A stretch of DNA of 64,000 bases from Minisyncoccota bacterium. GTDB taxonomy: Bacteria; Patescibacteriota; Minisyncoccia; Phycocordibacterales; UBA9973. A program made the position numbers and the translations under genes. This document shows, piece after piece, positions 1 through 8,358 of this stretch. The stretch is from positions 24,626 to 88,625 of the forward strand of contig JAQULK010000001.1 of NCBI GenBank assembly GCA_028718635.1, given 5' to 3'. Numbering within the stretch: the first letter of the stretch is position 1; each line of letters opens with the position of its first letter. The notes beneath the pieces are model-generated. The model was not told the origin of the DNA and searched no databases. It saw nothing but the letters and a program-made list of their open reading frames with translations.

Positions 1-679
1 CAATGGTGAACAAGCGCTCGAAATAGTAGAGAGCTTGGTACGCACAGGAAAGATCGATGTCATCGTGGTAGACTCTGTCGCCGCACTTACTCCCAAAGAT
101 GAAATCGAAGGAGATATGGGGGCATATCATGTAGGCAAGCAAGCGCGCCTGATGTCGCAAGCGCTTCGTAAATTGACCGCTATTGTTTCTAGGTCCAAGA
201 CCGTTGTCATCTTTATAAATCAAATCCGCATGCAAATCGGAGTGATGTTCGGCAACCCAGAAACTACTCCCGGAGGAAAAGCATTGAAATTTTATACTTC
301 CATCCGGCTTGATATTCGAAAAATCGCCCAAATAAAAAAAGGAGAAGAAGTCGTAGGTTCCCGTACTCGAGTCAAAGTGGTTAAAAATAAAGTGGCCGCT
401 CCTTTCAAACAAACTGAATTTGACATCATTTACAATGAAGGAATTTCTAAAGAAGGTGAAATAATGGCGCTCGGAGAGAAATTTAAAATTATAGAAAAAA
501 GTGGAAATTCATATTTCTATTTACCCTCACCCCAACCCTCTCCCGAAGGGAGAGGGAGTCATGAGAAAATAAAGCTTGGCGTGGGTTATGATTCCACTCG
601 AAAATTCTTAAAAGAGGAAAAGAAAATTTCCGAACAAATTTTAAAAGAAATTAAGAAGAAGTTTACTGAAGAGGCGTAA
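1..679 (+). CDS. recA: Recombinase A, 5'-truncated by window edge
   Basis: [42 protein letters not shown] motifs; palindrome-derived insert [12 protein letters not shown] near C-terminus. Confidence 0.98.
   Translation, partial: NGEQALEIVESLVRTGKIDVIVVDSVAALTPKDEIEGDMGAYHVGKQARLMSQALRKLTAIVSRSKTVVIFINQIRMQIGVMFGNPETTPGGKALKFYTSIRLDIRKIAQIKKGEEVVGSRTRVKVVKNKVAAPFKQTEFDIIYNEGISKEGEIMALGEKFKIIEKSGNSYFYLPSPQPSPEGRGSHEKIKLGVGYDSTRKFLKEEKKISEQILKEIKKKFTEEA
524..558. repeat. CCCTCTCC-family palindrome inserted in-frame in recA
   Basis: ccctcaccccaaccctctcccgaagggagaggg; same family as DUF559 flanks. Confidence 0.85.
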
Positions 680-777
680 AGATATCTTTTGAAGGGGTTT
701 CGAGCGCGACGGCGCGAGAACTTCAGGATTTTTTATGCTTCAAAAAATCCGTACCGGAAAAAGATATCTTTACGCCT
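672..777 (+). repeat. Long-stem multi-hairpin element after recA (family A)
   Basis: 19-bp outer IR enclosing AAGGGGTTT..ACGG..TTCAGGA..GCTTCA..TCCGTACCG core shared with 1396-1511. Confidence 0.8.
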
Positions 778-817
778 GTAATTTGATTTTATCAATTAAT
801 CTGATAGTATATTACCT

Positions 818-1396
818 ATGGCTAAATTAGAATATAGCGACATTCGCGAGAAGAAAATAATTATACACGATGATGAGCCTTGTGAAGTGATAGAATCCCA
901 CGTCGCCCGCACCCAACAACGCAAACCGCAAAATCAGGTCAAATTGAGAAGCTTGATATCCGGCAAGGTCTTCCCTGCTACTTTTCATGCAGCCGAAACT
1001 GCCGATGAGGCGGACATCATCAAAAGAGACATTACTTTTCTTTATCATAACAAAGGAGAGTATTGGTTCTGTGAGCTAAATGATAAAAGTAAAAGATTCA
1101 AACTGGATGAAAACCTTATCGGAACTGCTGCTAAATTCTTCAAACAAAACGGAAACGTCACTGCGCTTGTCTGGGACAATGACGAAGAAGAAATAATCAT
1201 AAAAATAACTTTACCTATCAAGATGGAATTCAAGGTTAAAGAAGCTCCGCCTGCCGTCAGGGGTGACACCTCAAAAGGAGGCAATAAAGTCATCACTCTC
1301 GAAAACGGCACGACTCTAAACGCTCCAATGTTTATCAACGAAGGAGACACTGTCAGAATAAATACCGAAACAGGAGAATATGTAGAAAGAGTCTAG
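818..1396 (+). CDS. efp: Elongation factor P
   Basis: PPAVRGDT, K..TLENG, PMFINEGD, INTETGEYVERV. Confidence 0.95.
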   Translation: MAKLEYSDIREKKIIIHDDEPCEVIESHVARTQQRKPQNQVKLRSLISGKVFPATFHAAETADEADIIKRDITFLYHNKGEYWFCELNDKSKRFKLDENLIGTAAKFFKQNGNVTALVWDNDEEEIIIKITLPIKMEFKVKEAPPAVRGDTSKGGNKVITLENGTTLNAPMFINEGDTVRINTETGEYVERV

Positions 1397-1511
1397 GTAA
1401 AATAAAAAACAAAGTTTTTAAGGGGTTTTGCGAGCGACGGCGAGCAAATTTCAGGAATTTTTAAGCTTCAAAAATTCCGTACCGACAAAAATTTTGTTTT
1501 TTTATTTTACC
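1396..1511 (+). repeat. Long-stem multi-hairpin element between efp and rpsR (family A), may act as bidirectional terminator
   Basis: Outer IR ggtaaaataaaaaacaaa/tttgtttttttattttacc, core shared with 672-777. Confidence 0.8.
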
Positions 1512-1702
1512 ACAAACGGAAGCAAGCCCATAAATCTAGCGCGCTTGATGGCTGTTGAAAGTTCTCGTTGATTTTTAGCGGTAACTCCAGTGCGTTTATG
1601 GCTCATGATTTTACCATTGGGATTCAAAAATTTCTTTAGAATTTCAATATCCTTGTAATCTATGTATTTTATATTGTTAGTTGAAAAATAATCTTGTTTC
1701 AT
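1502..1702 (-). CDS. rpsR: 30S ribosomal protein S18
   Basis: IDYKD..L..F....GKI..R.TG..KNQR.L..AIKRAR..LLPF. Confidence 0.97.
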   Translation of the reverse strand: MKQDYFSTNNIKYIDYKDIEILKKFLNPNGKIMSHKRTGVTAKNQRELSTAIKRARFMGLLPFVVK

Positions 1703-1818
1703 CCCGTTAGAAGTAGGTCGTGGTCTTAATTTTTGTAAAACTCTTACCTACTATTTTTATGTTTGATAATAATTTATTTTATTTCCCGTTATTTACTACG
1801 ACCGCGACTTCTAACGGG
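1703..1818 (-). mobile_element. Start-codon hairpin element (CCCGTTAGAAG family) at rpsR
   Basis: Sense ATGAAA-TCCCGTTAGAAG...CTTCTAACGGG-ATGAAA. Confidence 0.8.
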
Positions 1819-1827
1819 ATTTCATTT

Positions 1828-2286
1828 TTAAAACGGTATGTCTTCTGGGTTAATGTCTTCTTCTGGGTATTCTATAGAATCAACTTCTCCTCCTCCTTCG
1901 CTCGCTGGAGCTTTTGAGCCTGTGCTTGTGGTACTCATACTTCCGCCCCCATTTCCTCCTTTGGGTCCGAACTGAGTGCGATCAGCGACTACTTCCGTAC
2001 GATATTTTTTCTCTCCGGTTGTTTTATCTTCCCAACTCCTTGTCTGCATTCTTCCCTCGATCAATATCGAGCTTCCTTTTTTCATATATTGAGAGACCGT
2101 CTCTGCTTGGCGGCCAAAAACCACAATGTTGTGATAATCAGCTGACTCTTGGCGTGTGCCATTTTTATCTTTCCAAACACGGTTAGTGGCAATAGAAAAT
2201 GTACAAACTTTTATGCCGGAAGGCAATGAACGAAGTTCTGGATCGCGTGTAAGATTTCCTATTAATATTGCTTTATTTAAATACAT
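1828..2286 (-). CDS. ssb: Single-stranded DNA-binding protein
   Basis: LNKAILIGNLTRDPELR; C-terminal DIPF. Confidence 0.98.
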   Translation of the reverse strand: MYLNKAILIGNLTRDPELRSLPSGIKVCTFSIATNRVWKDKNGTRQESADYHNIVVFGRQAETVSQYMKKGSSILIEGRMQTRSWEDKTTGEKKYRTEVVADRTQFGPKGGNGGGSMSTTSTGSKAPASEGGGEVDSIEYPEEDINPEDIPF

Positions 2287-2401
2287 CCCGTACGAAATAG
2301 GACGCGTACGCTTACACTACGTAGATCCTTTTTGTTATTAGTAATAATTTTTATCTTTTTCATAATATTTTTTACTTTCTGCGTCCGCGATTTCGTTCGG
2401 G
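2287..2401 (-). mobile_element. Start-codon hairpin element (diverged copy) at ssb
   Basis: Sense ATGTAT-CCCGAACGAAATCGCGG...CGCGTCCTATTTCGTACGGG-ATGTAT. Confidence 0.75.
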
Positions 2402-2417
2402 ATACATATTTTTTTAA

Positions 2418-2912
2418 TTAAGCTGCAACCAGTGCATCTATTTCTTTATCTATTTCTTCTTTGTTTATAGGAACAACCACTTCGTCACTTTTACTCTTGT
2501 CTATCTTGGCTCTTCGGTTTATAAATTCTCCGCGGGTAAATCTTTTCGTGTTGAAGGTATTTTCTTTAACCGTTTTTATTATTAAAAATCGGACGAGATT
2601 TGGATCGAGGTCGAGCTTCTTTTTCAATTTTAGAACTTCACCCGAATCCATCGTAAACTTAATCCAACCAAAATATCCTGTTTTGAATTTATTACGCACG
2701 TTGGCTATGACTTTAGTCATCGGATAAGCAAGCGTCATCATTTTTGGCATTTCATCAGAAATGGAAACACCGCCAAACGACAAAACAAGTTCCTTCAGGT
2801 TACCAAAAGTAGCTGGAATTTCTTCTTCAGAAAGTGTAGGCACTAAAAGATAGCCAAGTTCATAAACTCTAGAATTTGCTTCTGTTGATATATCATTTTC
2901 CACTTCTTGCAT
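2418..2912 (-). CDS. rpsF: 30S ribosomal protein S6
   Basis: YELGYLL, LAYPM.K, GYF, RFLIIK; rpsF-ssb-rpsR order; MTSNG extension derives from the hairpin element. Confidence 0.9.
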   Translation of the reverse strand: MQEVENDISTEANSRVYELGYLLVPTLSEEEIPATFGNLKELVLSFGGVSISDEMPKMMTLAYPMTKVIANVRNKFKTGYFGWIKFTMDSGEVLKLKKKLDLDPNLVRFLIIKTVKENTFNTKRFTRGEFINRRAKIDKSKSDEVVVPINKEEIDKEIDALVAA

Positions 2913-3009
2913 CCCGTTAGAAGTCATACCAATTTTATTAAACCTTAAATATAATTAGAAAACTTTAAGTTAATTTATAATATAATCCCGAAAGGTGACT
3001 TCTAACGGG
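2913..3009 (-). mobile_element. Start-codon hairpin element at rpsF
   Basis: Sense ATGCAA-TCCCGTTAGAAGTCA...TGACTTCTAACGGG-ATGCAA. Confidence 0.8.
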
Positions 3010-3052
3010 ATTGCATAGGTTTCATACTATCAAAAACTCTTTAAAAAGTAAA

Positions 3053-3081
3053 CCCCCACACTTATATATAAGTGTGGGGGT
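3053..3081. repeat. CCCCACAC-family palindrome, possible terminator of tatD
   Basis: cccccacacttatatataagtgtggggg perfect IR; same ends as repeats around GIY-YIG gene. Confidence 0.7.
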
Positions 3082-3089
3082 GAAGACTC

Positions 3090-3926
3090 TTAAATCCCAA
3101 AGACTCGCTTGGCATTTGCGACAATAGCCTTCGCCACTTCCGGTTCTGGTAGATTTTTTATTTCAGCAATTTTTTTCACGATTTCTTTCACATAGACAGG
3201 CTCATTGCGTTTACCTCTGTGCGGTACCGGCGCTACATAAGGAGAATCAGTCTCCGACATAATCATATCAAGTGGTATGTTTCTAATAACTTCATCATAA
3301 TCATGAGTAAAAGTAATAACTCCAGTAAAAGACAGAGTAAAACCAAAATCCAGAAATGCATTGGCCTCTTTTAGAGTTCCAGCAAAAAAGTGCACATTGC
3401 CTTTTACTCCAGGAAATTCTTTCAAAATCTCTAAAACATCTTGGTACGCATTTACACTAGGATCTTTTGGATTATTCCTAATGTGTAACATAAGTGGCTT
3501 CCGAGATTCTTGCGATAAGGAAACATGTTCTCTAAAAGTTTTTTTCTGTTTTTCTATTATCTCCAAACTGCAATGAAAATAATCTAAACCACATTCTCCT
3601 ATCGCTACCACCTTTGGATCTTTTAAAAATTCTTTGTAAGCATCTCTATCAAATTTTTCGACTTTGGTTTTGAAGCCGAGACCGCCAACCTCTTCATCAT
3701 CGTGATAGGATTCTTCAAGGTGAATAGGATGCAAACCAACTATTGCAAAAACTCCTTCTTGATATTCATTAGCAATTTCAACAGCCCTTTTTGAAGTGCT
3801 AAATTGGCTTCCCACATTTATCACCCATGTGTCATTTTCTAAAGCACGTTTTATAACCTCGTCCTTATCAGACTCAAAAGCCTTAAAATTTATATGTGAA
3901 TGAATGTCGATGTATTTAGGGGTCAT
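3090..3926 (-). CDS. tatD: TatD family DNase
   Basis: DIHSH, GLHP, AIGECGLDY, ETDSPY..P.RGKRNEP. Confidence 0.95.
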   Translation of the reverse strand: MTPKYIDIHSHINFKAFESDKDEVIKRALENDTWVINVGSQFSTSKRAVEIANEYQEGVFAIVGLHPIHLEESYHDDEEVGGLGFKTKVEKFDRDAYKEFLKDPKVVAIGECGLDYFHCSLEIIEKQKKTFREHVSLSQESRKPLMLHIRNNPKDPSVNAYQDVLEILKEFPGVKGNVHFFAGTLKEANAFLDFGFTLSFTGVITFTHDYDEVIRNIPLDMIMSETDSPYVAPVPHRGKRNEPVYVKEIVKKIAEIKNLPEPEVAKAIVANAKRVFGI

Positions 3927-3950
3927 AAAATATAATTGATAAATTCAAGA

Positions 3951-3985
3951 ACCTCACCCTGCCCTCTCCTTATTAAGGAGAGGGT
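3951..3985. repeat. CCCTCTCC palindrome, left flank of DUF559 gene
   Basis: acctcaccctgccctctccttattaaggagaggg; contains DUF559 stop codon. Confidence 0.85.
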
Positions 3986-4335
3986 TTAGAATCAAGTTCA
4001 GTAATAATTTTTAAAATTACTCCATCAATGTTAACATTTATTTCATTATTCCAAAAACGAATTACTTTTATACCAAACACAGACAAATAATCTGACCTCT
4101 CTGCATCATATTCTTTATTTTCAATATGTTGTGATCCATCTATCTCAATCGCCAATTTTTTAAAAGGACAATAAAAATCCAAAACATATGGGCCAACAGA
4201 ATATTGTCTTTTTACTTTAAAACCTAGTTGATTATTTCTTACTTTATTCCAAAGAATCACTTCTTGGGGAGTTTGGGAACGTCTTAATAAGATGCGCTTA
4301 GTTAAATTCTTTGATTTATTATAGAAAACCGTCAT
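3973..4335 (-). CDS. DUF559 / Vsr-like endonuclease
   Basis: LRR.QT.QE..LW..VRN.QLG.K..RQ..GPY.LDF....LAIEIDG.QH...D.ER..YL...G..VIRFWN. Confidence 0.92.
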   Translation of the reverse strand: MTVFYNKSKNLTKRILLRRSQTPQEVILWNKVRNNQLGFKVKRQYSVGPYVLDFYCPFKKLAIEIDGSQHIENKEYDAERSDYLSVFGIKVIRFWNNEINVNIDGVILKIITELDSKPSP

Positions 4336-4358
4336 AAAATATATTGTGGTATTTGTAT

Positions 4359-4395
4359 CCCCCTCTCCTTAATAAGGAGAGGGCTGGGGTGAGGT
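4359..4395. repeat. CCCTCTCC palindrome, right flank of DUF559 gene (inverted relative to left)
   Basis: cccctctccttaataaggagagggctggggtgaggt. Confidence 0.85.
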
Positions 4396-4397
4396 TC

Positions 4398-5855
4398 TTA
4401 ATCCCTGCGTAGGAATAATGGTTCTTCTGGCATTTTATTTTCTATAATACATTTTTGTATTTTCTTAGATGTCTCAGGTATAAAAGGTTCAAGTAAAAGA
4501 GAAATTCTGTATAATTCCTTTATTAAATTTTCACGAATCATATTTTTCCCTTCTTCTGGATTTGATTTAACTAATTTGAATGGTTGTTCTTTTTGTATAT
4601 ATTTATCAAGACCTGAGATTTTCTCCCAGATTAAATCCATTGCTTCTTTAATATTGAAAACTTCTAGGGCAGTAATAATACTTGGATAGATAGTATCATC
4701 CTCAATTTTAATATTATTTAAAAAAACAGGAGAACTTTCAAAATTTGTTTCAGCCATTTTCATTATTCTACTCACTAAATTCCCCAATCCATTCGCCAGC
4801 CCTGCATTATAAGCTTCTTTGAATCTTTCTATTGTAAAAGGACTATCTTCAAAAGAAGAAATCTCGCGTAAAAGAAAATAACGCAAAGCATCAATGCCAT
4901 ATTCTTTTACAATATCATTCGGATTAATCACATTGCCTAAAGATTTAGACATTTTAATTCCGCCTTCGCCGGTAATAAAGCCATGATAAACAATAGTATC
5001 TGTATTAGGCAGTCCTGCCGACATGAGCATCCCTTGCCACATTACTGATTGAAATTTTACCATGTCTTTGCCAGCCATTTGAATATTTATGCCATCGCGC
5101 CAAAATCTTTCGAATTTTTCTTTATCATTAGGCCATCCTAGTGTAGAAATATAATTTACTAAAGCATCAAACCACACATACATGACTTGCGTATCGTCTC
5201 CTGGTATTTCAATCCCCCAAGAAAAACGCTCTTTATTGCGAGAAATAGAAAAATCCTCCATGCCATTTTTAACAAAATCAATAGCTTCAGCCCTCCGCCA
5301 CTCTGGAATTATTGATTTTTCATTCGATAAATATTCCAAAAGCTGTTTTTTATAATTCCCCAATCTAAAAAAATAATTTTCTTCTTCAACTATCTCGGGT
5401 TCCAAGTTTGGATGAAGTTGACACCTGCCATTTACTAAATCTTTTTCAGTAATAAATTTCTCGCACCCAACACAATAAAGTCCTTTATATTTCTTTTTAT
5501 AAATATCGCCCTTTGCTTCACAAAGACGCCACATCTCTTGTGCCGCCTTGATGTGTTTTTCGCTCGTGGTTCGAATAAAATTATCGTAGGAAAGATTTAG
5601 CACGCCCTTTAAATCTAGGAACTTCTGCGCATAAAAATCAACGTAATCTTGTACATCTTTACCCTGCTTTTGGCTTGCTTCTAAAATTTTTTGACCATGT
5701 TCATCCGTGCCAGTACTAAAAAAAACGTCTCTGCCTGCTAGCCGTTGATATCGGGCAAGAGCATCCGCCTGCACGAGCTCAAGTGCAAAACCGATATGCG
5801 GATCGGCATTTACGTAAGGTATTGTCGTCGTGATGTAAAAACTATTTTTGCTCAT
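4398..5855 (-). CDS. metG: Methionine--tRNA ligase
   Basis: YITT.IPYVN..PHIG, GTDEHGQK, YVWFDAL, KMSKS. Confidence 0.97.
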   Translation of the reverse strand: MSKNSFYITTTIPYVNADPHIGFALELVQADALARYQRLAGRDVFFSTGTDEHGQKILEASQKQGKDVQDYVDFYAQKFLDLKGVLNLSYDNFIRTTSEKHIKAAQEMWRLCEAKGDIYKKKYKGLYCVGCEKFITEKDLVNGRCQLHPNLEPEIVEEENYFFRLGNYKKQLLEYLSNEKSIIPEWRRAEAIDFVKNGMEDFSISRNKERFSWGIEIPGDDTQVMYVWFDALVNYISTLGWPNDKEKFERFWRDGINIQMAGKDMVKFQSVMWQGMLMSAGLPNTDTIVYHGFITGEGGIKMSKSLGNVINPNDIVKEYGIDALRYFLLREISSFEDSPFTIERFKEAYNAGLANGLGNLVSRIMKMAETNFESSPVFLNNIKIEDDTIYPSIITALEVFNIKEAMDLIWEKISGLDKYIQKEQPFKLVKSNPEEGKNMIRENLIKELYRISLLLEPFIPETSKKIQKCIIENKMPEEPLFLRRD

Positions 5856-5970
5856 CCCGTTAGAAGCAGGTCGCGGTCACTACATCACCGCTATGCTTAA
5901 TTATGCTAATAAATTTTTTATATTTCATTTTATATTTTTATTTTAAACTGCGACCGCGGCTTCTAACGGG
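5856..5970 (-). mobile_element. Start-codon hairpin element at metG
   Basis: Sense ATGAG-TCCCGTTAGAAGCCGCGGTC...GACCGCGACCTGCTTCTAACGGG-ATGAG. Confidence 0.8.
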
Positions 5971-7045
5971 ACTCATTATTTGTTTTTGCTAAGATTTTAT
6001 CTTTTTCAACGTCATTTAAAAATTCCATCAAAATCACTGCAAGTGGAATAGCCAGAATCGCTCCCCAAATTCCTCCTAATTCAAAACCAACAACCACAGC
6101 TAGGATAATAACGATCGGCGAAAGTCCGACGATCTTTTTTATTATAAGCGGAGTAAAGAGAAACACATCAAATTCATGCACAATTACATAAGCTCCTGCC
6201 ACCATAAAGGCACTGCCTAAGCCGTTTGAAAGATAAGAAAAGGCAAAGACTGGAATCATCGCTACTAGAATACCATAAGGAACCATTTCCATTATTCCAG
6301 TAATGATAGCCAAAAGTAAAGCATATTCTATGCCCAAAAGAGAAAGTATCAAATAAACGAGAACCCCGACGACGAAACCTAAAAGCATTTGTCCTCTGAC
6401 CCAAAGACCTATTTTACGGCTGGAACGTGTCCATAAATCTACAATATATTTGTCGTATTTAGCAGGAACGATAATATAGAGAAAATTTTCTATCCCTTTT
6501 TCTTGGACTGAAAGATAAAAAGAAAGAAGAACAATCAATACAAAATTGAAAAGGCCTCCAAAAGCAATGAAAAGAACTTGAACAAACCCTCCGGAGAGAT
6601 TTAGAACAAAAGCTTTTGATATAGACAAAAGCGTTGTGATCGAAAAATGCCCCGAGAGAGATCCGACAATGTCTTTAGCGCCAGAAAATGCTTCATTCCT
6701 GAAGAAATCAAAAAAAGAAACATTGGGCATATAGGTAGAAATAAAAGTGGAGAAATTGTAAATTTCTGTTATCAAAAGCGGAGCAAAAAGGTAAAACAAT
6801 CCAGCTAAAATTAGAATGGAAATAGTGTAAAAAATAACAATCCCGAAAACTCTGTTTTTAATTCCGATTTTTTTCAAATGCGGAACAGAAGAATCGATAA
6901 AAGAAGCAATCACAATTGCTGTCAAAACCACCAAAACCAGATCCCTCAAGATATATAATAAAAATATAAAAAGAGGCACTAAAAAAAATTTCACGATAGT
7001 GCTGGTAGATATAGAAATACGCGTAAAATCACCTTTTTCTTGCAT
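5963..7045 (-). CDS. AI-2E/PerM family transporter
   Basis: Multi-TM; RGQ, E..PY.G, P.I....VGLSP, GG..GA.LAIP; stop codon supplied by hairpin element. Confidence 0.9.
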   Translation of the reverse strand: MQEKGDFTRISISTSTIVKFFLVPLFIFLLYILRDLVLVVLTAIVIASFIDSSVPHLKKIGIKNRVFGIVIFYTISILILAGLFYLFAPLLITEIYNFSTFISTYMPNVSFFDFFRNEAFSGAKDIVGSLSGHFSITTLLSISKAFVLNLSGGFVQVLFIAFGGLFNFVLIVLLSFYLSVQEKGIENFLYIIVPAKYDKYIVDLWTRSSRKIGLWVRGQMLLGFVVGVLVYLILSLLGIEYALLLAIITGIMEMVPYGILVAMIPVFAFSYLSNGLGSAFMVAGAYVIVHEFDVFLFTPLIIKKIVGLSPIVIILAVVVGFELGGIWGAILAIPLAVILMEFLNDVEKDKILAKTNNESR

Positions 7046-7082
7046 AAAAATATAATAACACAGAAAACGCTAAACCAAAAAG

Positions 7083-8351
7083 TTAGAATTTCAACACTTT
7101 AGAAAATTTTGCTTTATCTTTAAAAGGGCCAATGAGCGCTAGGTTGAGTTTATTGTTTTGGAAAATATCCTTGGCTAAGGATTGGATTTGGTCGGCAGTG
7201 ACTTTGCGGATTTCTTTGGCTCGTTCTTCTGCTGAAATTATTTCACGTTTTAAAAGTTCTTGTCCGCCATGAAAATTCGCAATATCATCGCTCGATTCTA
7301 GGGAAAGCTTCATATTCCCTATCAGGCACTCTTTCACTTTATTTAATTCTTCTTCGCTTACTTTTTCTTCTTTGAGTTTCTTGCATTCATCCAAAACTGC
7401 CTTGATCACTTCTTCTATTCTTTTATTGTCTACCCCGGCGGAAATTTGGAAAAATCCATGGTCCGTGTAAGAGTCGTTAAAAGCTCGGACATAATAACCC
7501 ACGCCCATCTCCTCGCGAAGTTTCTGAAAAAGTCTGGAGCTCATTCCCCCGCCGAGCACCCCGCCGAGCACTGAAATAACAGGATTTTTCTTGTTAAATA
7601 AATTTAAGCTCCGCACCCCTAAAACAAAATGCGTCTGATCCGTCTTTTTAAAAGAGACCAGCACCTTCGGTTTTGCTTGTTTTTCTTTTACTTTTATTTT
7701 ATTTATTTTCTTGCCTCGTGGCATCCCTGCAAAAACTTTTTTAACTTCACCCATTACCTGCTTCTCTGTCACTGCTCCGGACACGACTAAAACTGTGGCC
7801 TCTGGAAGATAATGCTCTTTTTTGTATTTTACAAAATTATCCCTTTTCATTTCCAAAATATTTTTTTTCTCGCCAGCGATATTCCAACCCGCTGGCTGAT
7901 CGCCGTAAAGCAATTGCATCACTAGATCTTGCACATGCTTTTGGGGTATATCTTCATACATATTTATTTCTTCTATGATCACGCCCTTCTCCCTCTCCAT
8001 TTCAACTTCTGGAAAAGTGGAATTTAAGTATATATCCGACACGATATCAAAAATCTGGCTAAAATGTTTCGCATCCGATTTTGCATAATACCCCGTGTAT
8101 TCCTGCGCGGTAAAAGCATTATACTGGCTGCCGAGGCTGTCGAGTTCTTTGGATATGTCTATGGCTTTAGGTCTTTTGCTTGTGCCTTTAAAACACATAT
8201 GTTCCAAAAAGTGTGAAATTCCATTCACCTTTTTTGTCTCATACTTGCTTCCTGCCTCCACAAGCACGAGCACGGTCGCCGTCGGGTTGTCTTTCATTGG
8301 TACTGTAATAACCCGCAGACCATTCTTTAAAACTTTTTTGGAGAATTGCAT
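7083..8351 (-). CDS. M16 family zinc peptidase
   Basis: HFLEHMCFKGT (HXXEH), GGGMSSRLF..LRE. Confidence 0.95.
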   Translation of the reverse strand: MQFSKKVLKNGLRVITVPMKDNPTATVLVLVEAGSKYETKKVNGISHFLEHMCFKGTSKRPKAIDISKELDSLGSQYNAFTAQEYTGYYAKSDAKHFSQIFDIVSDIYLNSTFPEVEMEREKGVIIEEINMYEDIPQKHVQDLVMQLLYGDQPAGWNIAGEKKNILEMKRDNFVKYKKEHYLPEATVLVVSGAVTEKQVMGEVKKVFAGMPRGKKINKIKVKEKQAKPKVLVSFKKTDQTHFVLGVRSLNLFNKKNPVISVLGGVLGGGMSSRLFQKLREEMGVGYYVRAFNDSYTDHGFFQISAGVDNKRIEEVIKAVLDECKKLKEEKVSEEELNKVKECLIGNMKLSLESSDDIANFHGGQELLKREIISAEERAKEIRKVTADQIQSLAKDIFQNNKLNLALIGPFKDKAKFSKVLKF

Positions 8352-8358
8352 TATTAGA

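Noticed and set aside
1720-2341. Short plus-strand ORFs over ssb/rpsR and similar shadow ORFs throughout
   Set aside because: Antisense or off-frame to well-identified genes; no motifs.
2913-2927. N-terminal extensions MTSNG (rpsF), MVRE..SNG (hppA), MRTRPASNG (tig)
   Set aside because: Encoded by the hairpin element arm; conserved protein starts at the ATG after CGGG.
1703-5970. CRISPR array from recurring CCCGTTAGAAG
   Set aside because: Copies are inverted pairs separated by whole genes; no regular repeat-spacer units and no cas genes.
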